Shown: piece after piece, positions 8,213-16,679 of the stretch | Layout of the letters: each line of letters begins with the position of its first letter | Position numbering within the stretch: the stretch's first letter is position 1 | From: Thermotogaceae bacterium | GTDB lineage: Bacteria > Thermotogota > Thermotogae > Thermotogales > Thermotogaceae | Assembly (NCBI GenBank): GCA_027038385.1 | Contig: JALVXE010000176.1 | Location: 1-28,846, forward strand | Direction: 5' to 3' | Length of the DNA: 28,846 nt | Position numbers and translations under genes: made by a program | Notes under the pieces: model-generated | What the model saw: the letters and a program-made list of their open reading frames with translations, nothing else | Told to the model about the DNA's origin: nothing | Databases searched by the model: none

Positions 8213-9172
8213 TTGAAAAAGTTTCTGATTTTTTTGATGGGTTTTGGACTTATGTATGCCGGAGTTGTGCACATATCCTCTAATTTCGTTGAACCTGAAG
8301 ACAACGTGATAACCTATTCAGGGAGCGTTTCTGCGTTCGTTGACAAGGATAACTTGCACCTCTTCGCGTCCACACTCACCGTGAGCAAGTACGCCGGGGA
8401 CTGGAGAAAGATAAAGGCTATTGGAAAGGTCTCCGTTGAAACCACTTCGATGATCGCCACATCAGAAGAACTCGATTACGATCTTCACGATAAAAAAGGC
8501 ACCCTATCTGGAAGTGCGATAGTCTTTTTGACCAGTGACAATGCGACCGTTCTAACGGATTCCCTCGATTTCGATTTGAACAGGAACTTCTACTCTTCAT
8601 ACGTCAGGAACACCATGTTCAGAAAAGATGTCGTGGCCACGTCGAACGCCTTCACCTATGGTGGATCCACGATGGTTCTCAAGGGAAACGTTGTTGCCAG
8701 GAGTGGAAAGACGAATCTTTATGGTGATAAGGCGGTTCTCGATCTAGACAAGAATTTGATGGATGTGAGAGGAGATGTGAAGGTTCTACTCGAAGATGCG
8801 ACGATAACTGGAAAAGATCTAGTCTATGATATGGAGAAGGAAGGAACGTTTACGAGCAACGTGCGGGCTGAAATAGCAGGTAAGAAATCTAATGTAGAAG
8901 TTATCTCGAATTACCTGAGGTTCGATACGAAAAAGAAGGTCTACATCGGATGGAGCAGTGATGGAAAGGTGAGGATGTGGAAAGGAAAGACCTATGCCGA
9001 ATCGAAGAGGTTCAGATATTCGAAGGATGAGGGTGTTGTTGAGCTGATAGGAGATGTATTTGTTTACGACAAGGAGAAGGATGTGAAGATGTGGGCCGAG
9101 AGGGCACTCATATACCTGAATGAGGATAAGATGAAGGCGTTCAAAGTCAAGACGGAGATAACCACGAAGTGA
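8213..9172 (+). CDS. Secreted OstA/LptA-like beta-jellyroll repeat protein (start TTG 8213)
   Basis: Signal peptide MKKFLIFLMGFGLMYA. Repeated OstA-type segments: ITYSGSVSA, IKAIGKVSV, GTLSGSAIV, MVLKGNVVA, MDVRGDVKV, VELIGDVFV. SD GGAGGTG 7 nt upstream. Confidence 0.75.
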   Translation: MKKFLIFLMGFGLMYAGVVHISSNFVEPEDNVITYSGSVSAFVDKDNLHLFASTLTVSKYAGDWRKIKAIGKVSVETTSMIATSEELDYDLHDKKGTLSGSAIVFLTSDNATVLTDSLDFDLNRNFYSSYVRNTMFRKDVVATSNAFTYGGSTMVLKGNVVARSGKTNLYGDKAVLDLDKNLMDVRGDVKVLLEDATITGKDLVYDMEKEGTFTSNVRAEIAGKKSNVEVISNYLRFDTKKKVYIGWSSDGKVRMWKGKTYAESKRFRYSKDEGVVELIGDVFVYDKEKDVKMWAERALIYLNEDKMKAFKVKTEITTK

Positions 9173-9182
9173 GGTGATCGAA

Positions 9183-9854
9183 TTGAAGAAGATAGGGTTG
9201 ATAGGTGGAACGAGTCCTGAATCCACACTCCTTTACTACGAGAATTTGATAGACCTATCCAGAGAGAAGCTACCTAAGAACGTTTATCCGGAAATCTTGA
9301 TATACAGTGTGAACTTCGATTTCGTGGTCAAGAACATGAGGGAAGATCCAAGAATAGTCGCCGAGAAGTTCAACGAGATTTTGAAGGTATTCAAAGATTC
9401 TGGTGTCGGAGTTGCCGCTCTGACTGCGAATACGATGCACCTGATTTACGATATGCTCGACACGTCAATAGATATGGTTCACATAGTCGATTCCGTGGCG
9501 GATTATTCTGCGAAGAAGGGTTACAAAAAGCTGGTACTTTTCGGCACGAAGAGGACCATGGAGAGTGATCTTTACCCATCAAAGATGAGGAGAAATGGAA
9601 TAGACATCGTAATTCCTTCAGAAGAGGATAGGGAGCTGATAAACGACATCATATTCTCCATAACCGCTGATGGCGTGAGCGAATCGCTTAAAGAAAAAGC
9701 CAGAGATGTGGCGAGAAAGTACTCAACCCTCGCAGATGCCATAATACTTGGGTGTACAGAACTTCCACTCGTTTTGAAGGATTCTGGATTTGAAGTTATA
9801 GACACGGTGGAAGTTCACGCACGTGATATATTCTTTAGGGCGGTGGAAAGTTGA
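9183..9854 (+). CDS. Aspartate/glutamate racemase-family protein with only one of the two catalytic Cys (start TTG 9183 or GTG 9174)
   Basis: MKKIGLIGGTSPESTLLYY, ALTANTMH (Ala at the usual first Cys/Thr position), LFGTKRTM, ILGCTELP. Confidence 0.88.
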   Translation: MKKIGLIGGTSPESTLLYYENLIDLSREKLPKNVYPEILIYSVNFDFVVKNMREDPRIVAEKFNEILKVFKDSGVGVAALTANTMHLIYDMLDTSIDMVHIVDSVADYSAKKGYKKLVLFGTKRTMESDLYPSKMRRNGIDIVIPSEEDRELINDIIFSITADGVSESLKEKARDVARKYSTLADAIILGCTELPLVLKDSGFEVIDTVEVHARDIFFRAVES

Positions 9855-12511
9855 AGATAATCGCACCGCACCGCAACCCGGATTTTGATGCCTTCGCATC
9901 TGCGGTCGCTTACAAGATTTTGAATCCGGATCACGAGATAGTCCTCAGCGGCCGACCTACTCAGAACCTTCATGAGTATCTCAGAATATACGGGGACAGA
10001 TTTCGATACATGATGGACAAGGATATCAATCCTGAAGAAGTGGAAAGGATTGTGATCGTCGACACCGCATCTCCGAAGAGACTTGGTGAGAAGATAAGAA
10101 AACTCCTTGCGAGTGCTGAAGTGGTAGTTTACGATCATCATCCGGATCTCAAGGAGGGCGGTATAGATGGAGATGAGATGCACCTCGAGATGGTTGGTGC
10201 GGCGACTACCATTCTTGTTGAGGAAATTATGAAGAAGGGAGTGGATGTGGATCCGATAACCGCGACCCTTCTCGCGATAGCCATATACGAGGATACCGGA
10301 AATCTCCTGTACACTTCGACGACTCCGAGAGATCTTGAAGCTGTTAAGTTTCTCTTGGAAAAGAAGGCGAATTTGGTAGAAGTTTCAGAATATGTGAAAC
10401 TGGATCTGAGTTACGATCAGAAACAGATTCTCGAAGAGCTCTTCAAAAGCGTTCAGGAATACACCGTTGGAGGTGTGGATGTAGCGGTTGCCACGGCAGA
10501 ATACGAGAAATTCGTCGGTGGGCTGAACGTTGTCACGAGCAAGCTCTGGAGCGGTGGAGGATATGAAACACTGATATGCGTCGTGAAGACGGGAAAGAAG
10601 ACCTTCGCAATAGGGAGAACTTCTTCTCCGGATGTCGATATAGGTGGATTGATGTCGGAGCTTGGTGGAGGCGGGCACAGAAAGGCTGGATCCGCTGCCT
10701 TCACTGATAAAAGTGTTGACGAGGTAGTTGCAATAGTCTTGAACAAACTGAAGGATCACATCTCACCAGCTGTCAGGGCTAAGGATGCTATGTCATCACC
10801 AGTGAAGGTGATATACGCCAACGAGACAATAGAAGAGGCGAACAGGATAATGGAAAGGACTGGGCACAGCGGTCTTCCAGTGATTGAGAACAACAAGTTG
10901 ATCGGTATGGTAACGAAAAAATCGGTGGATAAGGCGATCAACCACGGCCTTGGTGACAGACCGATCAAGTCCATAATGAGCACGAAGTTGGTAACAGCCT
11001 CACCTGACACTCCGCTCAGTAAGATAAGACAGCTCATGATAGAGAATGATATAGGAAGGGTACCGATAATAGACAACGGCGTTCTCGTGGGAATAGTAAC
11101 GAGAACGGATATACTGAGGACGATCTTCGGGGAAGTTGGTGGAAACAAGAAAGTCGAGGGGGTTTACAGGAAGGACACGAACGTTTTTGCCGATATAAGG
11201 CATCTGATGAGGGAGAGGGTTAAACCGAGGATCTTGAACCTCTTGAGACTTCTCGGTGCGTTGGCAGACGACAAGGAAACGAGGATATACGTCGTTGGGG
11301 GATTCGTGAGAGATCTTCTTTTGAACATACCGAACGAGGATGTCGACATAGTCGTCGAGGGCAACGGCCCGGATTTCGCAAAGTACGCGGCAAGATTTCT
11401 GAACGTCAATGTGGTTGTTCACGATCAGTTCATGACCGCCTCTTTGTTCTTTAGGGATGGGTTCAGGATAGACGTTGCCACCGCGCGAACTGAATATTAC
11501 GAATCTCCGGCGAAGCTCCCGAAGGTCGATGTGAGTTCTATAAAAAACGATCTGTACAGAAGGGACTTCACTATAAATTCGATGGCGATAAAACTCAATC
11601 CGGTTGAGTTTGGAATACTCTATGATTTTTTCGGAGGCAGGAAAGACTTGGAGGAAGGCATAATAAGAGCTCTACATACACTTTCTTTCATAGACGATCC
11701 GACACGTATCCTCAGGGCGGTCAGATTTGAGCAGAGGTTCGATTTCAAGATAGAAGAGACCACGGAGAACTTGATAAAGGAAGCGGTTGATGGTGGATAT
11801 CTGGAGCACGTCACCGGTATGAGGCTTAGGCAAGAGCTCGAGAAGATACTCAAGGAGAGAGAACCCCTGAAATCTGTTAGAAGATTGGCACATCTTGGAG
11901 TGATAAAGCACCTCTTTCCGAGGACGTACTATAGCCACGTCATGGATAAAAAGCTCGAAGGACTTTTCGATTTTCTTCCATTCGCAGAGAAGAAGTTCTC
12001 AAGATTGAACAAGTTCTACGCGCTCATGTACGTACTTTTGGAGTACTATGATGAAGGGAGCCTGGAATTTGTCAAGTACAGATATTCGATACCTGATAAA
12101 GTGACGAGCGAACTCAAGGCTTTGGAAAAGAGAGTCAGGGATATAGCGGATAGGATAAACGAAGGGAAGAAGTTCTCGTGGATCTATGAAAACCTCAAGG
12201 ATGTTTCGCCGGAGGGTATATGCTACGTCGCTTCTCATCTAACGGATGAGGGAAGAGAAAGGCTCAAGAGCTATCTAAACAGACTGGATTTTGCAAAACC
12301 ACGTATCGTCAACGGAAAGTATCTTGTAAAGCTCGGAGTGGATCCAGGTCCGGAGATGGGAAGAATAATAGGAGAGGTCATAAAGGGAAAGCTGGATGGG
12401 ATCGTGGAGGATGAGGAGACTTTTGTGAAAGAGATTTTGGAAAGGAGGAAAAACTATGGAAAGTCTGGAGATGAAGAAGGAAGTAGGATGGAAGATTCTC
12501 AATCAGGATGA
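9851..12511 (+). CDS. cca: Class II tRNA nucleotidyltransferase (CCA- or A-adding) with N-terminal DHH/DHHA1 and CBS-pair domains
   Basis: HRNPDFDA, VYDHHPD, GGGGHRKAG (DHH/DHHA1); two CBS repeats; GGFVRDLLL..EDVDIV, LYRRDFTINSMA, SFIDDPTRILRAVRF. Confidence 0.92.
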   Translation: MKIIAPHRNPDFDAFASAVAYKILNPDHEIVLSGRPTQNLHEYLRIYGDRFRYMMDKDINPEEVERIVIVDTASPKRLGEKIRKLLASAEVVVYDHHPDLKEGGIDGDEMHLEMVGAATTILVEEIMKKGVDVDPITATLLAIAIYEDTGNLLYTSTTPRDLEAVKFLLEKKANLVEVSEYVKLDLSYDQKQILEELFKSVQEYTVGGVDVAVATAEYEKFVGGLNVVTSKLWSGGGYETLICVVKTGKKTFAIGRTSSPDVDIGGLMSELGGGGHRKAGSAAFTDKSVDEVVAIVLNKLKDHISPAVRAKDAMSSPVKVIYANETIEEANRIMERTGHSGLPVIENNKLIGMVTKKSVDKAINHGLGDRPIKSIMSTKLVTASPDTPLSKIRQLMIENDIGRVPIIDNGVLVGIVTRTDILRTIFGEVGGNKKVEGVYRKDTNVFADIRHLMRERVKPRILNLLRLLGALADDKETRIYVVGGFVRDLLLNIPNEDVDIVVEGNGPDFAKYAARFLNVNVVVHDQFMTASLFFRDGFRIDVATARTEYYESPAKLPKVDVSSIKNDLYRRDFTINSMAIKLNPVEFGILYDFFGGRKDLEEGIIRALHTLSFIDDPTRILRAVRFEQRFDFKIEETTENLIKEAVDGGYLEHVTGMRLRQELEKILKEREPLKSVRRLAHLGVIKHLFPRTYYSHVMDKKLEGLFDFLPFAEKKFSRLNKFYALMYVLLEYYDEGSLEFVKYRYSIPDKVTSELKALEKRVRDIADRINEGKKFSWIYENLKDVSPEGICYVASHLTDEGRERLKSYLNRLDFAKPRIVNGKYLVKLGVDPGPEMGRIIGEVIKGKLDGIVEDEETFVKEILERRKNYGKSGDEEGSRMEDSQSG

Positions 12512-13817
12512 TATAGAGAAGTTCTCAAGAGGATACGTGGATTTCATAGGAAGGTGCAAGACGGAGAGACAGACGGTGAGTTTTGCCGAGGATGTCTTGA
12601 GAAGGAACGGTTTCGTAAATATCGATGAGTACGACGGATCGCTCCCAGCGAAGCTGTACATGACCTTTAGGTCCAAGGCAATAGTCGCGGTTAAGCTCTC
12701 GGAGAAGCTCAACGAGGGAATAAATTTGGTTGCCGCACACATAGACTCGCCAAGGATCGATCTGAAGCCGCATCCGATATTCGAAGATGAGGGTATAGCC
12801 CTCGCGAAGACTCATTACTATGGTGGCATAAAGAAGTACCAGTGGTTCAACATTCCTCTGTCGATCGTAGGAGTAATCGTTAAAGAGGATGGAAGCGTCA
12901 TAAACGTGAACATAGGCGAGAAGGAAGATGATCCGGTATTCGTCATCTCGGATCTCCTTCCGCACCTCGACAGAAAAGACGAGAAAGTATCGGAAAAGTT
13001 TCAGGCTGAGAAGATGAACGTAATCCTTGGTTCGATACCGCTTGATGATGAGGAGAAAAACGCCGTGAAGTTGAACGTTCTGAAGATACTGCACGACATC
13101 TACGGGATAAAAGAAGAGGATCTGGTTAGCGCTGACCTAACCCTCGTTCCGGCATTTCCACCGAGGGAAGTTGGCGTGGACAGGAGCTTCATAGCGGCGT
13201 ATGGACATGATGACAGGATATGTGGGTACACATCTCTGATGGCTCTCTTGGATTCAAAAGAAGGAAAGAACATGGGAGTGATACTGTTCGATAGGGAGGA
13301 AATCGGAAGCGAGGGGAACACTGGAGCAAAGAGTAGGTTCTACCTGATGTTCTTCAGGAGGATACTCAAAAAGCAGGGATTTGAAGATGTGGAGTACTAC
13401 CTCGACGAAGCTCTGGAGAAAACCTATGTGATATCCGCAGATGTGAACGCCGCCGTCAATCCATCTTACAAAGACGTGCATGACTTGAACAACGCCGCAA
13501 AGGCCGGGTACGGAATAGTCCTGACGAAGTACACTGGAGCTAGGGGAAAAGCCAGTGCAAGTGAGGCAAGAGCAGAACTCGTCGCCAAAGTCAGGTCGAT
13601 CTTGAACAAGAGAGGAGTTCTGTGGCAGGTTGGAACTCTGGGGAAAGTGGACGTTGGAGGCGGGGGAACCGTCGCGAAGTTCCTAGCGGAAAAGGGTGCG
13701 GAAGTCCTAGACATGGGACCGGGAATCATAGGCATGCACTCACCTTATGAGCTAGTTTCCAAGGTGGATCTCTACGAATCGTACAGAGCTTACAAGGCAC
13801 TTTTGGAAGATCTTTGA
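12456..13817 (+). CDS. apeA: M18-family (aspartyl) aminopeptidase
   Basis: AAHIDSPR, HYYGGIKKYQW, GHDDRIC, DREEIGS, SADV, MHSPYE. The start could be the second Met (12471). Confidence 0.92.
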   Translation: MESLEMKKEVGWKILNQDDIEKFSRGYVDFIGRCKTERQTVSFAEDVLRRNGFVNIDEYDGSLPAKLYMTFRSKAIVAVKLSEKLNEGINLVAAHIDSPRIDLKPHPIFEDEGIALAKTHYYGGIKKYQWFNIPLSIVGVIVKEDGSVINVNIGEKEDDPVFVISDLLPHLDRKDEKVSEKFQAEKMNVILGSIPLDDEEKNAVKLNVLKILHDIYGIKEEDLVSADLTLVPAFPPREVGVDRSFIAAYGHDDRICGYTSLMALLDSKEGKNMGVILFDREEIGSEGNTGAKSRFYLMFFRRILKKQGFEDVEYYLDEALEKTYVISADVNAAVNPSYKDVHDLNNAAKAGYGIVLTKYTGARGKASASEARAELVAKVRSILNKRGVLWQVGTLGKVDVGGGGTVAKFLAEKGAEVLDMGPGIIGMHSPYELVSKVDLYESYRAYKALLEDL

Positions 13818-13840
13818 GCCCCGAACTCGGGGCTCTTTTT
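13816..13840 (+). terminator. Intrinsic terminator ending the ostA-like/racemase/cca/apeA operon
   Basis: GAGCCCCG-AACT-CGGGGCTC followed directly by TTTTT, overlapping the apeA stop. Confidence 0.88.
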
Positions 13841-13845
13841 AAAGA

Positions 13846-13879
13846 CTCTCCTGTTTTTGACGATGAATAAACAGGAGGG
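13846..13879 (+). promoter_or_regulatory. Hairpin sequestering the RBS of the diguanylate cyclase gene
   Basis: CTCTCCTGTTT (13846-13856) pairs with AAACAGGAGGG (13869-13879): 10 Watson-Crick pairs plus 1 G-U, covering AGGAGG. Confidence 0.6.
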
Positions 13880-13887
13880 GAAAAGAC

Positions 13888-14640
13888 ATGGAAAAGACGA
13901 TGGATGTACTCAGGGATATGAACGTTGGAAGAGTTAAAGAGATACTGGCCATAATGCTTGGAATAGATATAATCAGAGAAAAGAGCTCTGAGCAGCTCCT
14001 TAATAAGATCTCAAAGATAGCCGTTGAGGTTTTGCATGGGATAAGTTTCGTCGAGATAATCAAGGATGGGAAAGTTCTATTCAAGAGTGGAGAAAGAAGT
14101 GGCATTCCTTTCGATCTCGATATAGGTTCTGGGTACATGATGAGGGTTTACATAGAGGATTTGGATGATGAATCCTTGGAGCTTCTTGAGTATCTACAAG
14201 TTCTTTCGTCCGCTCATATATCTCTTCTTCATGAGATAGATACTGATCCCTTAACAGGTGCTCTCACAAGGAGGGCCGGAGAGAGAAAACTCCTCGATCT
14301 CTTTAGAGGTGGAGAAAGCTTCCAGATCGTTTTCGTGGATCTGGACAACCTCAAGGAAGTGAACGACAAGTTCGGACACGAAGCTGGAGATATGTACCTT
14401 TCGGATTTTGCAAAGGTCGTATCGGGCGCGGATCTTGTTATCAGATGGGGTGGTGATGAGTTCATCCTCGTTTTGAAGGAAGGTGCGGAGGAGTTTATGG
14501 AAAGAGCCCTGAGAAATTTCTGGGGTGGGTTCTCATACGGAATCGTCAAAGTCCCGGACGAGGCAGATGATATCAGAAAGGCCCTGAGAATCGCAGACGA
14601 GAGGATGTACTCTATGAAACGAGCTCGTAAAAGATCCTGA
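13888..14640 (+). CDS. Diguanylate cyclase (small cytosolic N-terminal domain + GGDEF)
   Basis: TDPLTGALTRR, FVDLDNLKEVNDKFGHEAGD, RWGGDEF, FSYGI, ADERMYSMK. The I-site is SGAD, not RxxD. Confidence 0.93.
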   Translation: MEKTMDVLRDMNVGRVKEILAIMLGIDIIREKSSEQLLNKISKIAVEVLHGISFVEIIKDGKVLFKSGERSGIPFDLDIGSGYMMRVYIEDLDDESLELLEYLQVLSSAHISLLHEIDTDPLTGALTRRAGERKLLDLFRGGESFQIVFVDLDNLKEVNDKFGHEAGDMYLSDFAKVVSGADLVIRWGGDEFILVLKEGAEEFMERALRNFWGGFSYGIVKVPDEADDIRKALRIADERMYSMKRARKRS

Positions 14641-15832
14641 GGTATCTCAAGAGGTGCGATGTCGTTAGAAATTCCCTTCTGACCTTTTCTCTTCCGTTTT
14701 CTCCAAATCGTCTTCTTTTCTCATCGTTTTTAAGAAGGTCTAAAATCGCTTCAGCCAGTTCATCCTTTTCCCATCTCAAAAAGCCGTTTTCCCCATCGTC
14801 GATCTGTATCTTGACACCTCCTGCAGGTCTGGCAACCACCGGGTTCTTCTTCCACAACATCTCTGATATGACGAGTCCAAACCCTTCTTTGGTAGCCGTG
14901 TGAAGGCCGAGTGACGAAAACCTTTGTAAAGCGTTGACTTCAAGGGATCCTACCCCGATAAGATTTGTCAAAAACCTTATATCTTCGTCCAAACCCGCAT
15001 ACCTGAGGACTTTCTCATAGAAAATCCATCCCTCTGGATCATCGCTCGCCATGGCAGACACTATCAGGAGTTGAACGTCAAACTCTCTCTTGACTATCTT
15101 GTAAACATCTATCGCCGAGAACAGATCCTTCCACGGATCGAATCTCGCGACGACGGTAAGTGCAGGCTTTTTCGGTATCGAGAATCTCTTCAGGACCGAT
15201 TCAAATTCTTCCTGATTCAGCTCCCTGTTCTTATCACTTGTTGGATCTATACTCGGAGGGAATCTCACAGATATTTCCTTGAAATCTTCTGGAAAGTATT
15301 CATCCAAATGAAAAAGCATTCTCTCATAAGGTGAAAGTATGTCCTTCATTTTGTTCCACACGGATTCGTTTGGCGATGACAGATCTATATGGCATCTCCA
15401 CACGAGTTTTCCCGTACCCTTTGTAAATCCCACTATCGCGGCTGGCTGTGGATCATGTACAACCAGTACATCAGCATCTAGGTTCAACTTCTTGGCGTTT
15501 TCCTCGTTGACCTTCATGTACAGGTCCCATTCCTCATCTGATATTTCAATCTCCGCTCCCTGCAGCGTGTTGTGGAGCTTTTTCGTGACGTTGAAAAACT
15601 CGTTTGGAGCTTCCATGACCTCCCATCTCGCATCTATCCCGACGGATCTCATAAGTGGGACGAGTGTGTAGAGAAGTTCGGCTACTCCCCCGCCGAAGCT
15701 GGTGGCGTTCACGTGAACGACTTTCAATCCCTTGAGATCCCTTGAGATTCTCTCTATTTTCTCCAGGACATCCGGATCTGAAAACTCTTCGTAATCTCTC
15801 AGTCGTTTTTTCGGGAAATCCGTGATTTCCAT
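14612..15832 (-). CDS. treT: Trehalose synthase / glycosyl-transferring enzyme (GT4, TreT type)
   Basis: VHVNATSFGGGVAELL, VHDPQP, WRCHIDLSSPN, VARFDPWKD, KEGFGLVISE; directly downstream of a trehalose/maltose ABC permease. Confidence 0.88.
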   Translation of the reverse strand: MEITDFPKKRLRDYEEFSDPDVLEKIERISRDLKGLKVVHVNATSFGGGVAELLYTLVPLMRSVGIDARWEVMEAPNEFFNVTKKLHNTLQGAEIEISDEEWDLYMKVNEENAKKLNLDADVLVVHDPQPAAIVGFTKGTGKLVWRCHIDLSSPNESVWNKMKDILSPYERMLFHLDEYFPEDFKEISVRFPPSIDPTSDKNRELNQEEFESVLKRFSIPKKPALTVVARFDPWKDLFSAIDVYKIVKREFDVQLLIVSAMASDDPEGWIFYEKVLRYAGLDEDIRFLTNLIGVGSLEVNALQRFSSLGLHTATKEGFGLVISEMLWKKNPVVARPAGGVKIQIDDGENGFLRWEKDELAEAILDLLKNDEKRRRFGENGREKVRREFLTTSHLLRYLRIFYELVS

Positions 15833-15836
15833 GCGA

Positions 15837-16670
15837 TCACCCCTTGACTGATCCTGCGCTCAATCCTTCTATTATCCTGTTCTGGAAGGCGAGCACGAGG
15901 AGTATAAGTGGCAGCGTGACTATTATCGTGGCGGCCATTATCTGGCCCCACGGTATTTCGTACTGCGTAGCCTCCTTGAACAAGGCTATTGCAACAGGTA
16001 TCGTGTACTTCTCCGGCCTTTGCATGAACGTCAACGCGAAGAGAAATTCGTTCCAGGAGTTTATGAAAACCAGAAGCCCCGTCGCAACAAGTCCTGGAGA
16101 CGACATGGGGACGACTATCGACCACAGAAGTCTGAACCTCGAACACCCGTCCATGAGGGCGGCTTCCTCCACCTCTACCGGGAGCTCTCTGAAGAAGTTT
16201 TGGAGGACCCAAACGGTCAGAGGAAGGTTCAAAGATATGTAAGGTAGTATCAAGCCGCTGTACGTGTTTATGAGGTGAAGAGATCTCAAGATAAGAAAGA
16301 GTGATCCGAGTATCGAGACCTGTGGGAACATACTGACGGCTAATATGATCGACATGACGGCGACTTTCCCCCTGAATTTGAGCCTCGCTATCGCATATCC
16401 AGCACTTACTCCTATGATTAAGGCGAGAAGGGTCGTCGCTCCTGCGACTATCGCACTGTTGATTATGTTTATGTGGAATGGCCTTTCCGAGAAAACCTTA
16501 ACGTAGTTTATAAACGTAATTCTATGGGGTATGAGCGAAGGATTGGTCTCGAAGAGATCTTCGTCTGGCTTTATGGATGATACGAAGGCCCAGTACAGCG
16601 GAAAGACACACCACACTACTATCACAATAACGGATGTGTAGAGAATGATTTTTGTGATAACTTTTCTCAT
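15837..16670 (-). CDS. Sugar ABC transporter permease (MalG/TreG type)
   Basis: Six TM segments; EAA loop ELPVEVEEAALMDGCS; NSWNEFLFAL. Confidence 0.93.
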   Translation of the reverse strand: MRKVITKIILYTSVIVIVVWCVFPLYWAFVSSIKPDEDLFETNPSLIPHRITFINYVKVFSERPFHINIINSAIVAGATTLLALIIGVSAGYAIARLKFRGKVAVMSIILAVSMFPQVSILGSLFLILRSLHLINTYSGLILPYISLNLPLTVWVLQNFFRELPVEVEEAALMDGCSRFRLLWSIVVPMSSPGLVATGLLVFINSWNEFLFALTFMQRPEKYTIPVAIALFKEATQYEIPWGQIMAATIIVTLPLILLVLAFQNRIIEGLSAGSVKG

Positions 16671-16679
16671 GGAATCACC

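Noticed and set aside
12456-12511. Identical 56-nt overlaps at cca/apeA and barrel/hemW (19841-19896)
   Set aside because: No sequence similarity between the two overlaps, and both starts are uncertain; treated as coincidence.
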